From positions 15,415 to 79,414 of the forward strand of contig JBBIPC010000014.1 in the NCBI GenBank assembly GCA_037443035.1: a DNA stretch of 64,000 nucleotides, in the 5' to 3' direction. The position numbers were made by a program, and so were the translations under genes. Positions 19,398 through 29,314 of this stretch are shown here, piece after piece. The stretch is from Chthonomonadales bacterium. Lineage in GTDB: Bacteria; Armatimonadota; Chthonomonadetes; Chthonomonadales; CAJBBX01. Within the stretch, counting starts at the first letter, position 1; every line of letters starts with the position of its first letter. The notes under the pieces are model-generated. The model saw nothing but the letters and a program-made list of their open reading frames with translations. It did no database searches and was not told the origin of the DNA.

Positions 19398-20243
19398 TCA
19401 GTAGGATCCCTGTGCCATAGCTTGCAGGCGGGCGATCCGGTCCGACGTATGAGGATGCGTCCGGAAGAGACCGGCAATGCTCTTGAGAAGATCTCCGCCC
19501 ATGGGGTTCACGATGTACATCTGACTTGCTGCCGGGTTCACTTCCATGGGCATGCGCTCTGCTGCGTATTCGATCTTCTGCAATGCCGACGCCAGTGCCA
19601 GGGGCTTGCCGGTGATCCGGGCGGATCCTTCGTCGGCGCCATACTCTCGAGATCTGGAGATGGCTAGCTGGATGAGCATGGCCGCAAGCGGCGCCACGAT
19701 GAAGACAAGAAGAAGCCCCAGCGGGCTTGGGCCTTCGTCGCGGTCGTTACCGCGGCTGAACCACGCCAGATACTGCAGCATGGATATCGCACCAGCGATC
19801 GTGGCGGCGATGCTACTGATGAGAATGTCGCGATTCTTGACGTGAGCGATCTCATGGGCGATGACACCCTCGATCTCGTCTTCGTCGAGCATCTCCAGGA
19901 GACCCTGCGTTACTGCCACCGCAGCATTGCCGGGCCCACGCCCAGTGGCAAACGCGTTCGGCTGCTGCACCGGGATGATATGCACGCTGGGCTTGGGAAT
20001 GCCCGCGTTCCGAGCACAGCGGGCCACGATCGCATGGAGCTGGGGGAACTCCCTTTCGCTTACGGCCTGTGCACCGCTGGACATAAGCGCGATCTTATCG
20101 CTGAACCAATACGCCACCATGTTGGTCGCCAGTGCAAACAGGAAACCAAGGATCATGCCACTTTCGCCGCCGATAGCTTGACCGGCTAGCATGAACAGGC
20201 CGAAGAGCGCAGCCATAAGCACGGTTGTCTTCAGTGAGTTCAT
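19398..20243 (-). CDS. htpX: Zinc metalloprotease HtpX (M48)
   Basis: YWFSDK, PNAFATGR, AHEIAH, ISRSREYGAD, THP. Confidence 0.95.
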   Translation of the reverse strand: MNSLKTTVLMAALFGLFMLAGQAIGGESGMILGFLFALATNMVAYWFSDKIALMSSGAQAVSEREFPQLHAIVARCARNAGIPKPSVHIIPVQQPNAFATGRGPGNAAVAVTQGLLEMLDEDEIEGVIAHEIAHVKNRDILISSIAATIAGAISMLQYLAWFSRGNDRDEGPSPLGLLLVFIVAPLAAMLIQLAISRSREYGADEGSARITGKPLALASALQKIEYAAERMPMEVNPAASQMYIVNPMGGDLLKSIAGLFRTHPHTSDRIARLQAMAQGSY

Positions 20244-20437
20244 CGTCGCCCCTCCGTTCGCAGGTTTGCAGTCTACACTACCATTACGTTCCTGCAGAAG
20301 AGGAAGTGTCACCGTCTGGCGCGTGTCGGCCGGCCCAGAACGTGGCGGGGTAAGCTGAGTCCATAACTCCCTGTGCGCTGGTCGCACGGGGGGCTGCGCT
20401 TTGTCGTTGCGCACTGCATATGGGAGGTGGTTCCGTC

Positions 20438-21847
20438 ATGAGTGCCTGGCTGTCCCTATCGGTCTTCGCGTTTGCTGTGACTGTTCTCGCGTCCATACCG
20501 GCCGCAAGCGAGCCTCTGAAGCTTCATCCCATGAATCCCCATTACTTCCTGTTTCGTGGCAAGCCCACTGTGGTGATCGGATCGGGCGAGCACTACGGCG
20601 CAGTCCTCAATCTCGACTTCGATTACGTCCGCTACCTCGAGGAGCTGGCACGGAATCGGCTGAACCACACGCGCACCTTCAGCGGCGTCTACTGCGAACC
20701 GTATGGTGCGTTCAACATCGCCAGGAACACACTCGCACCTGCTCCTGGGAGATACTGTGCACCGTGGGCTCGCTCAGACAAGCCCGGCTACGCGAACGGA
20801 GGCAATCTTTTCGACCTGAGCCGTTGGGACGCGGCCTACTTCGCACGCCTCCACGACTTCCTCTCCCGAGCATCGCGGAAGGGCGTGATTGTGGAGCTGA
20901 ACCTCTTCTGTCCCTTCTATGAGGAGGCCATGTGGAGGCTCAGCCCTATGAACGCCATCAACAACATCAACAACGTAGGGAAGGTGGGACGAACGGATGT
21001 CTATACGTTGGACAGGAACGGAGGACTGCTAGCGGTGCAGGAGGCGTTCGTGCGCAAGGTCGTGACAGAGGTGAACGGCTACGACAACGTCTATTTCGAG
21101 ATCTGCAACGAGCCGTACTTTGGCGGTGTCACGATGGAATGGCAGCGACACATAGCCGACGTGATCGCCGAGACTGAAAGGGCGATGCCGAACCGCCACC
21201 TCGTTTCCATGAACATCGCCAACGGCTCAGCAAGAGTAGATGAGCCGCATCCAGCGGTCTCCATCCTGAACTTCCACTATGCTTCTCCTCCCGACGCCGT
21301 CACGACGAACTACCACCTCAACCTTGCCATTGGCGACAACGAGACGGGATTCAAGGGAACGGGTGATACCCACTACAGGATGGAAGCCTGGGAGTTCTTC
21401 CTCGCAGGTGGGGCTCTGTTCAGTCACCTGGACTACTCGTTCGCTGCCGGGCACGAAGACGGCACGTTCCAGTACCCGCCGACCCAGCCCGGAGGGGGGA
21501 ACGCAGCCTTCCGGCGCCAGATGCGAGTACTGAGGGACTTCATCGAGAGCTTCGACTTCGTGCGGATGCGGCCGGAAACGGGTCTTGTGAAGCGGCTGCC
21601 CCAAGGATGGCATGCTCGTGCTCTAGCAGAAGCCGGCCGACAGTACGCCGTGTACTTCTTCGGCAAAGGCAATGGCGAAGTCGCCCTGGACTTGCCCAAG
21701 GGACGCTACCGGGTCCGGTGGGTAAGCACTACGGATGGTACGGTGGTGAGTTCACGGACAGTTGGCCACGAAGGCGGCGTCTGTGCCTTCCAGGTCCCTA
21801 AGCATGCGGAGGACGTGGCACTTAGCGTGAAGGCCGTTTCTCGCTGA
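20438..21847 (+). CDS. Exported glycoside-hydrolase-like protein (clan GH-A type barrel, C-terminal beta domain)
   Basis: Signal peptide; NPHYF, FEICNEP and GDNETG candidate catalytic glutamates. Confidence 0.7.
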   Translation: MSAWLSLSVFAFAVTVLASIPAASEPLKLHPMNPHYFLFRGKPTVVIGSGEHYGAVLNLDFDYVRYLEELARNRLNHTRTFSGVYCEPYGAFNIARNTLAPAPGRYCAPWARSDKPGYANGGNLFDLSRWDAAYFARLHDFLSRASRKGVIVELNLFCPFYEEAMWRLSPMNAINNINNVGKVGRTDVYTLDRNGGLLAVQEAFVRKVVTEVNGYDNVYFEICNEPYFGGVTMEWQRHIADVIAETERAMPNRHLVSMNIANGSARVDEPHPAVSILNFHYASPPDAVTTNYHLNLAIGDNETGFKGTGDTHYRMEAWEFFLAGGALFSHLDYSFAAGHEDGTFQYPPTQPGGGNAAFRRQMRVLRDFIESFDFVRMRPETGLVKRLPQGWHARALAEAGRQYAVYFFGKGNGEVALDLPKGRYRVRWVSTTDGTVVSSRTVGHEGGVCAFQVPKHAEDVALSVKAVSR

Positions 21848-21924
21848 GCTTGCCTTCTCCTGGACGCGTACGTCTCCCACGGTAAAAGGCCATACTGCCT
21901 GATTGCTGACAAGCCAACATGAAG

Positions 21925-21956
21925 AGGGCCCGGCCTCCGCTCAAGTACCGGGCCCT
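21925..21956 (-). terminator. Probable intrinsic terminator of the prepilin operon
   Basis: AGGGCCCGG/CCGGGCCCT 9-bp inverted repeat followed by CTTCATGTT on the minus strand. Confidence 0.5.
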
Positions 21957-21969
21957 GCGTCCACCTCGC

Positions 21970-22218
21970 CTACTTGCCAGGGTTGTACTGAGCCTGCCCT
22001 CCAGGCGGCGCGCCGGGTAGCATGGGCGCTCCGCCTTGGATCTGCGGACCAGTGCCAGCCTGTCCAGCGGGTAGCTGGCCCGGTTGAAGAGGCGTGCCCG
22101 TCATGATGGGCGGCGGCGGCTTGAACCGCCCGCTGCCGGTGCTCTTGAAGAGGAAGTAACCCGCGATTAGCACCACCAGCACGATAATGGCGATCGCGAC
22201 CGGCGGCTTGATCTCCAC
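21970..22218 (-). CDS. Small membrane-anchored Pro/Gly-rich protein (prepilin partner)
   Basis: One N-terminal TM helix, PG-rich tail, GGAG RBS, directly downstream of the prepilin gene. Confidence 0.75.
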   Translation of the reverse strand: MEIKPPVAIAIIVLVVLIAGYFLFKSTGSGRFKPPPPIMTGTPLQPGQLPAGQAGTGPQIQGGAPMLPGAPPGGQAQYNPGK

Positions 22219-22240
22219 CTCAGACTCCTTGCTCTACGCT

Positions 22241-22990
22241 CTAGACGTCGTACGGATCGCTGGGGAAGTGCCAGTGATGACCTTGGAAGAACCAGTTCAG
22301 GTCGTAGTACTGAACGCCCAGCGGCGTCACGAATGGCACGTTGATGTACTTGACGTGCCCATCGTAGAACGCGGCGTTGGAGGCCTTTGTGCCCGTGTTG
22401 GTTCCGTTCCAAGCGTACGGATCGGCGCCGCCGTGATGCCACATCTCCTCGATGAAGACAGCTAGCTGCGCCGGCCGCATGACGACGGACATACGGACCA
22501 CGCCAAAGCCCGATGCGACATAGGCATCATGGGCATGGCGCATGTAGTAGGAGCCTCGCTCGTTGCCGCTGATCCAGCGGTCCACCAGGTTGTCACTGGG
22601 ACATCGGAACAACTGCGCGTTCTTGACGTAGGGGTTCAGGCGCAGAGGATAGCCCGCCAGCACCTTCGTGGTCGTACCCGTACCGGGATAGTAAAGTCGG
22701 ATGCCCCAGCAGGTGATGTGAAGCGCGCCCTGGTAGGGAGTCGCCGGATGCGTGCATCCACCCCCGTCCAGCGCATCGGTCGTGATCTGCGAGTCGGGAT
22801 ACGCCTCGTCATAGTCGCTAGCGTACATCTGCAAGGCAAGCCCGATCTGCTTGAGGTTGCTCAGACAAGAAGTCTTCCTTGCTTGCTCCCTAGCTCGAGC
22901 AAAGACTGGGAACAGGATCGCCGCCAGGATGGCAATGATGGCGATCACCACTAGCAGCTCGATCAGCGTGAAGCCCGTCCGACGTCTCAT
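22241..22990 (-). CDS. Prepilin-type N-terminal cleavage/methylation protein (DUF1559, H-X9-DG-like C-terminus)
   Basis: [36 protein letters not shown]; C-terminal [10 protein letters not shown]. Confidence 0.93.
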   Translation of the reverse strand: MRRRTGFTLIELLVVIAIIAILAAILFPVFARAREQARKTSCLSNLKQIGLALQMYASDYDEAYPDSQITTDALDGGGCTHPATPYQGALHITCWGIRLYYPGTGTTTKVLAGYPLRLNPYVKNAQLFRCPSDNLVDRWISGNERGSYYMRHAHDAYVASGFGVVRMSVVMRPAQLAVFIEEMWHHGGADPYAWNGTNTGTKASNAAFYDGHVKYINVPFVTPLGVQYYDLNWFFQGHHWHFPSDPYDV

Positions 22991-23068
22991 TCGGAATCCT
23001 CCCTTTCCGTAGTGCATAGGGTTACCGCTGCTGCACCCCCAGGAGTGCCTTCGTCCTGCGCTGTGCAC

Positions 23069-23112
23069 GAATTCAGTGAATTCAGTATAGAACACCCATG
23101 GGGCGTTGTCAA
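23069..23112 (-). promoter_or_regulatory. Near-consensus sigma70 promoter with palindromic operator
   Basis: TTGACA (23112-23107), 17 nt, TATACT (23089-23084); palindrome GAATTCA-G-TGAATTC at 23069-23083. Confidence 0.75.
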
Positions 23113-23134
23113 GATGAAAGTGCGAAAACGGCAC

Positions 23135-23620
23135 CTACCGCAGGTAGCGCCGCAGCTCTTCCTGATGGCTGAACAGAACGGCCATGAGAGAGTACTCGTG
23201 CCAGGTGAGAAACGCCTCGAGCTCCTCCCAGGTGAGCGTATCGATGAAGGTCATCTGTGTCTGGTACGCGAGGTCGCCGTCTCGGTCCACGTAGAAACCG
23301 CCCGTGTTGTACTCATTGTTCAACTGATTGACCAGCTCGATCAGGCTGCTCCTCGATATGCCCGGCTGCGATGCCCAGAACTCGTGGACGACGATCCGGT
23401 CCAGGCCACCGCTCTGCACCTTCGGGGCTAACGCGAACTTGCGCATGTGGTATTCGATCATCACCGCGCCGGGCGTCTCCCGCAAGACATCGATTTCATG
23501 GTCGCGAAGGAAGCTCGCGAGCTTCTGGACCGCGATCTCATCCACGTCCCCGGAGAGATCGAGCACCTCCCTGCCGCCTCCACCGCCTGAAGGTCCCAGC
23601 GGATCATTGTAGAACGACAT
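23135..23620 (-). CDS. YbjN-like / type III chaperone-fold protein
   Basis: LIELVNQLNNEY..GGFYVDRDGD pattern; GAGG RBS before ATG 23620. Confidence 0.65.
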   Translation of the reverse strand: MSFYNDPLGPSGGGGGREVLDLSGDVDEIAVQKLASFLRDHEIDVLRETPGAVMIEYHMRKFALAPKVQSGGLDRIVVHEFWASQPGISRSSLIELVNQLNNEYNTGGFYVDRDGDLAYQTQMTFIDTLTWEELEAFLTWHEYSLMAVLFSHQEELRRYLR

Positions 23621-23751
23621 GGCGATAACCTCTTTTCTAGCTCCACATGGAGCTTGCTTTGCCGACGGCACGGGGCTTTCTCTCGCCGTGTCGTACTGGG
23701 TACGGGCTTATGGCGATCCCTACTGGTCGCATCGCCCTCAGGCATTGATGC

Positions 23752-23780
23752 AGTGTAACATGAAAAGCTGCGTTATGCAA
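23752..23780 (-). promoter_or_regulatory. Putative sigma70 promoter
   Basis: TTGCAT (23780-23775), 17 nt, TACACT (23757-23752). Confidence 0.6.
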
Positions 23781-23882
23781 GGCGGGTTTTCGGCGTTCCA
23801 CGGCCACACACTTCCCGCGATCATATGCCCCGACGACGCTAGGTTAGGGCGTGTTCTCTGCTACCTGCTACTTGACGGTTGT

Positions 23883-25517
23883 CTAGCCGGTCTTCGCGAG
23901 CGAGCGTGCAGCCTCCTCGAGTTGTCGAGCTGCTTCCTGGCGAAGCAGGGTCGCCTCCCGTTCGTCTGCGTCGTCTCGGCTCTCGAGGTATGTGGCAAAG
24001 GTCGCCGAGGATTGGGCAAGTAGAGCCGTGGCCTGCAAGTAGAGAGGTTGGGCTGTGCCGTAGCCGACCGGGACCTGCACTTTCGACAGGAACGACGTCA
24101 TGGCAGCAGCCCCGTCGCGACACGAGGTAGCGATGCGGTGGGCGTCCTCGCGGGAGACGGTGCCTGCCAGGAAGTCCCGCCGAAGGGCTGTCAACCGACC
24201 GATGGCATCTTGGGCCGCTCCATCGAGTACCTCTAGAATGGCTCCGTACGTCTCCGCATAAACGCCGTCCGTCCCACCACCATTTGCCTTGCGAGCTTCC
24301 TCGATCTCCACCGCCGCATCGGCAAAGCGCAACGACTGAGCGCGTAACCTTGCTATGCGGAATCGGACCACGGCATTGGAGGGATCGGCATCGCGGGCCG
24401 CCGTATAGGCAGCCTCCGCCTCCGCCGTCATGCCCTGGGCAAGGTACGTATCTCCGAGCGCGAGGCGGTGTTGAGCGACGCCCGGTTCCAGGCGGATCGC
24501 CTGGTTGATCGCCTTGATGGCCTCTGCATGCTCCCCAGCCTCGGCGTACGCTTCTCCGAGGAGGCGATACAGCTCAGCGTTGTCACCACAGACTGCAAGT
24601 GCTCGCGCGGCCTCGTCGCGAGCAGCCTGTGTCCATCCCCGAATCCTGAGGGCGTTGATCAGCTCGCGGCGAAGTCGAACATCCCGAGGCCTCTCCGTTA
24701 CAGCTTTCCGGAGGGACACGATGAGGTTCGCCGTGTCGCCCGACTTGCGGAACCGTTCGATCAGCAGATCGGCTGTAGTTGGCCCCGCCAGCTTTGTGTC
24801 CGACTTCGCATCCGTCCGCGGCGGATTCGTACCACCCTGATCGGTGCCCCCAGGCTTTCCGGCGGTATCCGTCTGCCCAGGCGGAGGCTGCTCCATGGCT
24901 GCGGGAGGCACCGGCGGCGCCGACGCTATGCCAGGTAGGATGGCGGCGACATGGGCGTGGATGGCATCCAGCAGCTCGCTCTTGCGGTTCCTGCCTTTGT
25001 ACGGCGCTAGAGTCGTGGAAAACACGTTGGTCCACCGGGATCCCGTGCGCATGAGCATGTCGGCAACGGCGCCGATGCCTTGTCGTGTTCGTGTTGCACT
25101 GACCCTGACAATGTACACCGCACCGATGGCCTCGGCGACTTTCCGCATGGCTTCTTCACCCAGGTAGGCGCTAGCGGTGCCAGGCTCCAGACGATTAGCT
25201 TTCACAGCATTCGAGATTGCGTCCGCCTTGGGGGAATACAGGACGACGTCGTAGCGGTTCAGCTCCTTGGCTGCCCGGGCGAGGAAGAAACCCATGTCCA
25301 CGAAGTCCGACCGTCCCTCCAGTCCCCGAGGCTGGGAGACGATCATGAGGCGGGGAAGCGCAGTCGTCGTGGACGAAACCGACTGAGCGGCACACAGCGA
25401 CTCGAGCAACAGCAGAAGGCAGCAGAACGCCGACAGCCACGCTCGCCGGCTGCCCGACCGCGGCCGTGCAGTGGTTCGGCGATGTGAACTCGTCTCTGCC
25501 TCGTTCCTCACTGACAC
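23883..25517 (-). CDS. Exported TPR-repeat protein
   Basis: Signal-like segment, Pro-rich linker, several TPR repeats. Confidence 0.75.
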   Translation of the reverse strand: MSVRNEAETSSHRRTTARPRSGSRRAWLSAFCCLLLLLESLCAAQSVSSTTTALPRLMIVSQPRGLEGRSDFVDMGFFLARAAKELNRYDVVLYSPKADAISNAVKANRLEPGTASAYLGEEAMRKVAEAIGAVYIVRVSATRTRQGIGAVADMLMRTGSRWTNVFSTTLAPYKGRNRKSELLDAIHAHVAAILPGIASAPPVPPAAMEQPPPGQTDTAGKPGGTDQGGTNPPRTDAKSDTKLAGPTTADLLIERFRKSGDTANLIVSLRKAVTERPRDVRLRRELINALRIRGWTQAARDEAARALAVCGDNAELYRLLGEAYAEAGEHAEAIKAINQAIRLEPGVAQHRLALGDTYLAQGMTAEAEAAYTAARDADPSNAVVRFRIARLRAQSLRFADAAVEIEEARKANGGGTDGVYAETYGAILEVLDGAAQDAIGRLTALRRDFLAGTVSREDAHRIATSCRDGAAAMTSFLSKVQVPVGYGTAQPLYLQATALLAQSSATFATYLESRDDADEREATLLRQEAARQLEEAARSLAKTG

Positions 25518-26794
25518 AACCTCAACCCGGCCTCGCAGGCCTGGATCGCCTGCTGTGCCGCCTCCTTGTCCGCGCCGCGGTCCATGGCCTCTCGATAGCC
25601 GCGGATCGCTTCTGCGTAATGGCGCCGTGCGTTGGCCTTGTCACCTATTCTCTGATAGCAGAGTGCAGCCTTCTGATGATATCCCGGTGCACCGTCGCCA
25701 GCCCCCGCCAGGGCTCGCTCCCAAGCTTGCGCCGCTTCTTTGTAGCGGCCGGCTAGCTGGAGGTTCTGGGCGATGGCGGCATTGTTGCGCGATTCCATCT
25801 GTGCAGACGACGTGTTCGGCGGGGTATTCGGGGACGGGTTCGCGCTGGTGCCCGGCTGCGGTCCGACGACGATTTCGATTCTCCCTGGCCCCTGGGTCGG
25901 CGGATTCGCTGGTGTGTTCCCACCCCCAGGAGCGACCGGTTGGCCCGGATCGAAAAACGGGCCACCACCGGAGCCCGGCGCCGGAGGGCTCGCCTGTGCT
26001 TCCAGAGGCTCCTGCTGGGGTCGCACCGGCAGTGGGGCTAGGCCAGACGGCTGCGAGGACTGAGGCTGCCTGGACTCCTGCAGCGCCGGCTGCTGAGGTG
26101 GCGGCTGCTGCTGAACTGGAGGCGACGGCGGCGCTCCGGAGAACGACGGCTGTTGAGTGGGCGCCGGTGCCAGAACGCTGCCCGCCTGAGGAAGCGGGGT
26201 CTGGGCGACGCTGGCGGCAGCCTCACGGCGCTCCTGCGCATCCCGATAGGCAAGGACCACATAGCCGATGATGATCACCACCACTGCAGCGCCGATAGCG
26301 GCCACTGCTGCTCCAATGGGGCTGTCCCAGAACGTCGTAGGACCACCACGCACCGAGAGGATGCGGCGCTGCGCAGTCTGGGCAATGCCCGCACGGAGTG
26401 CTTCCAGCTTCTCCTTGTCTGCCAGGCTCGATGGGTTCAGCTCGACGACGCGTTCCCTCTCCGCAATCGCCTTGTCCACTTCTCCAAGCCGCTCGTACAC
26501 GGTGCTCAACAGCGCATGGCTCTCGGCACTGTCCGGCTTGAGATCCAGTGCGTCGCGACATGTATCGCGCGCGTGCTCGTACTCGCCCCTCACATAGTGG
26601 GCGAACGCGCGCGCCATCAGCTCGCTATACTGGGCCTCAGGATCCGGCACTAGTTCTGCAGGCGATGCAGGCGTGTGCGCTGCCTCGACCGGTAGCGAGT
26701 CGGATTCCTCTATAGGCGGCTCCATCTTGCGGCCGCATTGCTTGCAGAATCGGGCATCCTCCGGGTTCTTCGTACCGCACTGGACGCAGTACAT
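25508..26794 (-). CDS. Zinc-ribbon + TPR single-pass membrane protein
   Basis: MYCVQCG...FCKQCG, TPR repeats, central TM helix, P/Q-rich linker, C-terminal TPR. Confidence 0.85.
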   Translation of the reverse strand: MYCVQCGTKNPEDARFCKQCGRKMEPPIEESDSLPVEAAHTPASPAELVPDPEAQYSELMARAFAHYVRGEYEHARDTCRDALDLKPDSAESHALLSTVYERLGEVDKAIAERERVVELNPSSLADKEKLEALRAGIAQTAQRRILSVRGGPTTFWDSPIGAAVAAIGAAVVVIIIGYVVLAYRDAQERREAAASVAQTPLPQAGSVLAPAPTQQPSFSGAPPSPPVQQQPPPQQPALQESRQPQSSQPSGLAPLPVRPQQEPLEAQASPPAPGSGGGPFFDPGQPVAPGGGNTPANPPTQGPGRIEIVVGPQPGTSANPSPNTPPNTSSAQMESRNNAAIAQNLQLAGRYKEAAQAWERALAGAGDGAPGYHQKAALCYQRIGDKANARRHYAEAIRGYREAMDRGADKEAAQQAIQACEAGLRLCQ

Positions 26795-26847
26795 GCTCTG
26801 ATGACCTTCTTCGCGCGAGATGCCGGGCTAGAGGCCCTGCTCAGAGA

Positions 26848-29256
26848 CTATTCTAGCCGCAATGGTGGAGTTTGGCAAGGCAGGGGAGTGGGCAGGGTTG
26901 GCTGGCGATCCAGCGGATGGTCGAAGAAGAGCGGTCCGATGAACCTGTGGGCCAGATAGAGCCACCAGGCGAACTGAGCCCGGGAAATGGGCTTGACGGC
27001 ATCGAATAGCAGCCGCCCTTCGCGGTCCCGTGACTCCAGCACGCCCCAGATCTGTACGTCCAACCCACGTTCGTACAGTGCCTCTGCAGCGGATGCTGCC
27101 GGTGTGTCGGACTGCAGGTCATGGTAGTGCACTGCGTCGGATGTTCGAGCCCAGCCGAACGAATGCACAAGCGTCTGGGCTGCCTCTCCGCGGGTCACCA
27201 CGCGCTCCGGCGGCCCCTGGACGGCAGGCACACGCAAGCGCTCACCTACCGCCGCTCCCCTCCATGCAAGTATTCCCATGAGACGCGCAAGCTCCTGAGC
27301 TGTCAGCGGGTCGTCAGGCCGAAACGGCTCCGCCGCAAGCTGTGCCGCCGGGGTACGTTCTCGCGGCGGTGGGCACGGATAGAACCCTCTTGCGGCAAGC
27401 CACTGGATGGGCCGGAACGCAGGAGAGTCGAACGCTATGTCAGCGAACATGTAGAGCAAGACAGGCCAGGCAAGAGGCCCGGGTGCACCGATGCCGTCGC
27501 GGGCTGGAGCCTCGGCTGTGCCAGCCCGGTTCTTCAGCAGCTCCGACTGCACTTGGTTGACCGGCACTTCGCGCGGCGTCAGGCCGAACCGCAGACAGAG
27601 GGCTGCTGCGACGCCTGCGGCCGCCCCAAAATGCATGCGAACCGGTTCCATTCGGTACGTTCCATAGGCAACGTGGGTCGCCGACACGGCTGTGGTGACG
27701 AACAGGTTGTCAACGTTCTTCGGCAGCATGATACGGAATGGGACCTGGTGCCACGGAGTGTATTGAGGGAGGTAGAACTCCCCCTCACCCATGTCGGGCG
27801 TGTTTGGATCGGTCTTCGGCTGCGTGGCATGGGAGTCCATGGCATAGTCGCCAATCCCAATGGCGTCTGGGCGGACAACGGATCGAGCGAACATGATGTC
27901 GCTTTCATTGACGACAACATCGGCTTCGAATCGCCGCGCCTCGCGGATGTAGAGCAGCGGTGGCCAGCCCCCATCGGCACGGAAGTCGTCCTCCGAAAGG
28001 CCGATGTGCTTCAGTCCTTCGTGGGTCTGGATGTAGTACAGGTACCCCAAGGCATGCTGCTTGTAGAGCCGCTCGATCTCCCTGCGACGTTCGTAGCTAG
28101 CATCAGGATAGTCGTAGTTCGCTCCCTGAAGGTCACTACCATAGGGATGCTGGTTGATCTCGTACTTGTCGTTCGGCAGTTTGCCGGAGGTCGCGTTCCA
28201 GCTTCGCGGCCACGGTGGCGCATAGCGGTACTTGGCCTCGTCATACCCCTCCGGCTTTGGAATGGTCTTGTCGGCGCCTTGACCGTAGTCCTTCACCGTC
28301 ATGAGGTACGCATACGCCTGAACGCGATGATCTCCGCGGCCTGCGCTATGAGGCAGGATCTGGTCGCGAGCACGGTCGTAGTAGATGTGACCCGCGTGCG
28401 GCTCGGCTTTCGAGCGCGGCTCACGGCCCACGCGATACGGTGCTCCGGCCCATGCTGCCACGTCCCCGCACTCCGTAGCGTCCACTACGAGGCTCGCTCG
28501 TATGCGACACGTTGCTTTCGTCGGCACGTGCTCGACCGTCACCGACTCGATGGTGCGGGTCTGGATTCTCCCCCGGCTTCGCTGTACACGCACCGCTTTC
28601 GGGCGCGTCTGTCGGAATACTGTCAACCCTGGCGCCGCCCAGATGAGACGGCGCATTACTTCGTGGGCCACCCGAGGCTCGTACCTCAAGCCATTCCCGG
28701 AACCGTAGTAGGACTGCACCCCGCGGCGGAACTCCTCGAAGAAGCCAGAGGCATGCTCGGCACGCCGGATGTCACTGGCACCGAGCCCGTTGACGGACAT
28801 GCCTCCAAGCCGTCGCGTTTCCTCGACGAGCACCACGTCCAAGCCATATCGCCCCGCTGTGACAGCGGCGGCCACACCCGCGGTCGTCGCTCCAACTACG
28901 AGCACATCGCAACGCAGAGAAGCAGGTAACTCCCTGTCGGTCTCTTCCACCGACGGGAAGCTCGCTTCGCTCGTGCCCGTGTGATCCTCGACGGTGACTT
29001 GGTACGTGTAAGGCTGTCCAGGTGTCACCTGTGTATCGTCGAACTCTGTCTGTGACGCGGGAACGCGACCGATGGTCTGACCGTCCCGCAAGACGGTGTA
29101 TCGTATGGCTCCTGGCACAGCATTCCAGAAGACTCTGATCAGGCGAGGATGCACGGCCGCAGCTTCCACGGCTTGTGGCGCAGGCGGCACCCCGAGCGCA
29201 GAGCTGGTGAGCATCAGGACAGCACCCATCACGCCCCGCCGCTGTTGACGTAACAT
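26848..29256 (-). CDS. Exported FAD-dependent oxidoreductase with N-terminal FN3 and C-terminal SLH-like region
   Basis: WNAVPGA..Y.V.RDG...YTYQV (FN3); DVLVVG..AGVAAA, DATECGD, YIREARR, DSH, SATHVAYGTYRMEP; FADI..AIQWL..RG and ISRAQFA (SLH-like). Confidence 0.85.
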   Translation of the reverse strand: MLRQQRRGVMGAVLMLTSSALGVPPAPQAVEAAAVHPRLIRVFWNAVPGAIRYTVLRDGQTIGRVPASQTEFDDTQVTPGQPYTYQVTVEDHTGTSEASFPSVEETDRELPASLRCDVLVVGATTAGVAAAVTAGRYGLDVVLVEETRRLGGMSVNGLGASDIRRAEHASGFFEEFRRGVQSYYGSGNGLRYEPRVAHEVMRRLIWAAPGLTVFRQTRPKAVRVQRSRGRIQTRTIESVTVEHVPTKATCRIRASLVVDATECGDVAAWAGAPYRVGREPRSKAEPHAGHIYYDRARDQILPHSAGRGDHRVQAYAYLMTVKDYGQGADKTIPKPEGYDEAKYRYAPPWPRSWNATSGKLPNDKYEINQHPYGSDLQGANYDYPDASYERRREIERLYKQHALGYLYYIQTHEGLKHIGLSEDDFRADGGWPPLLYIREARRFEADVVVNESDIMFARSVVRPDAIGIGDYAMDSHATQPKTDPNTPDMGEGEFYLPQYTPWHQVPFRIMLPKNVDNLFVTTAVSATHVAYGTYRMEPVRMHFGAAAGVAAALCLRFGLTPREVPVNQVQSELLKNRAGTAEAPARDGIGAPGPLAWPVLLYMFADIAFDSPAFRPIQWLAARGFYPCPPPRERTPAAQLAAEPFRPDDPLTAQELARLMGILAWRGAAVGERLRVPAVQGPPERVVTRGEAAQTLVHSFGWARTSDAVHYHDLQSDTPAASAAEALYERGLDVQIWGVLESRDREGRLLFDAVKPISRAQFAWWLYLAHRFIGPLFFDHPLDRQPTLPTPLPCQTPPLRLE

Positions 29257-29314
29257 GGGCATGAAGCGTACAATCTTGTCTACACCGTTCCCGATGCGCC
29301 ATCGCGGGAGGGAT

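Noticed and set aside
23621-23751. c-di-GMP-I riboswitch
   Set aside because: Has GAAA and GCAAAG words but not the GGCAAAC..GAAA..GACGCAAAG order; kept only as an unknown structured leader
25800-26220. Tandem-repeat-like GC/CAG-rich stretch
   Set aside because: Encodes the Pro/Gln-rich linker of the TPR protein; not a DNA repeat array
27121-28929. Long antisense ORFs (also 4241-5338, 14325-15905, 30916-32199, 61742-63055)
   Set aside because: Shadow ORFs opposite well-supported genes in GC-rich DNA, with no motifs
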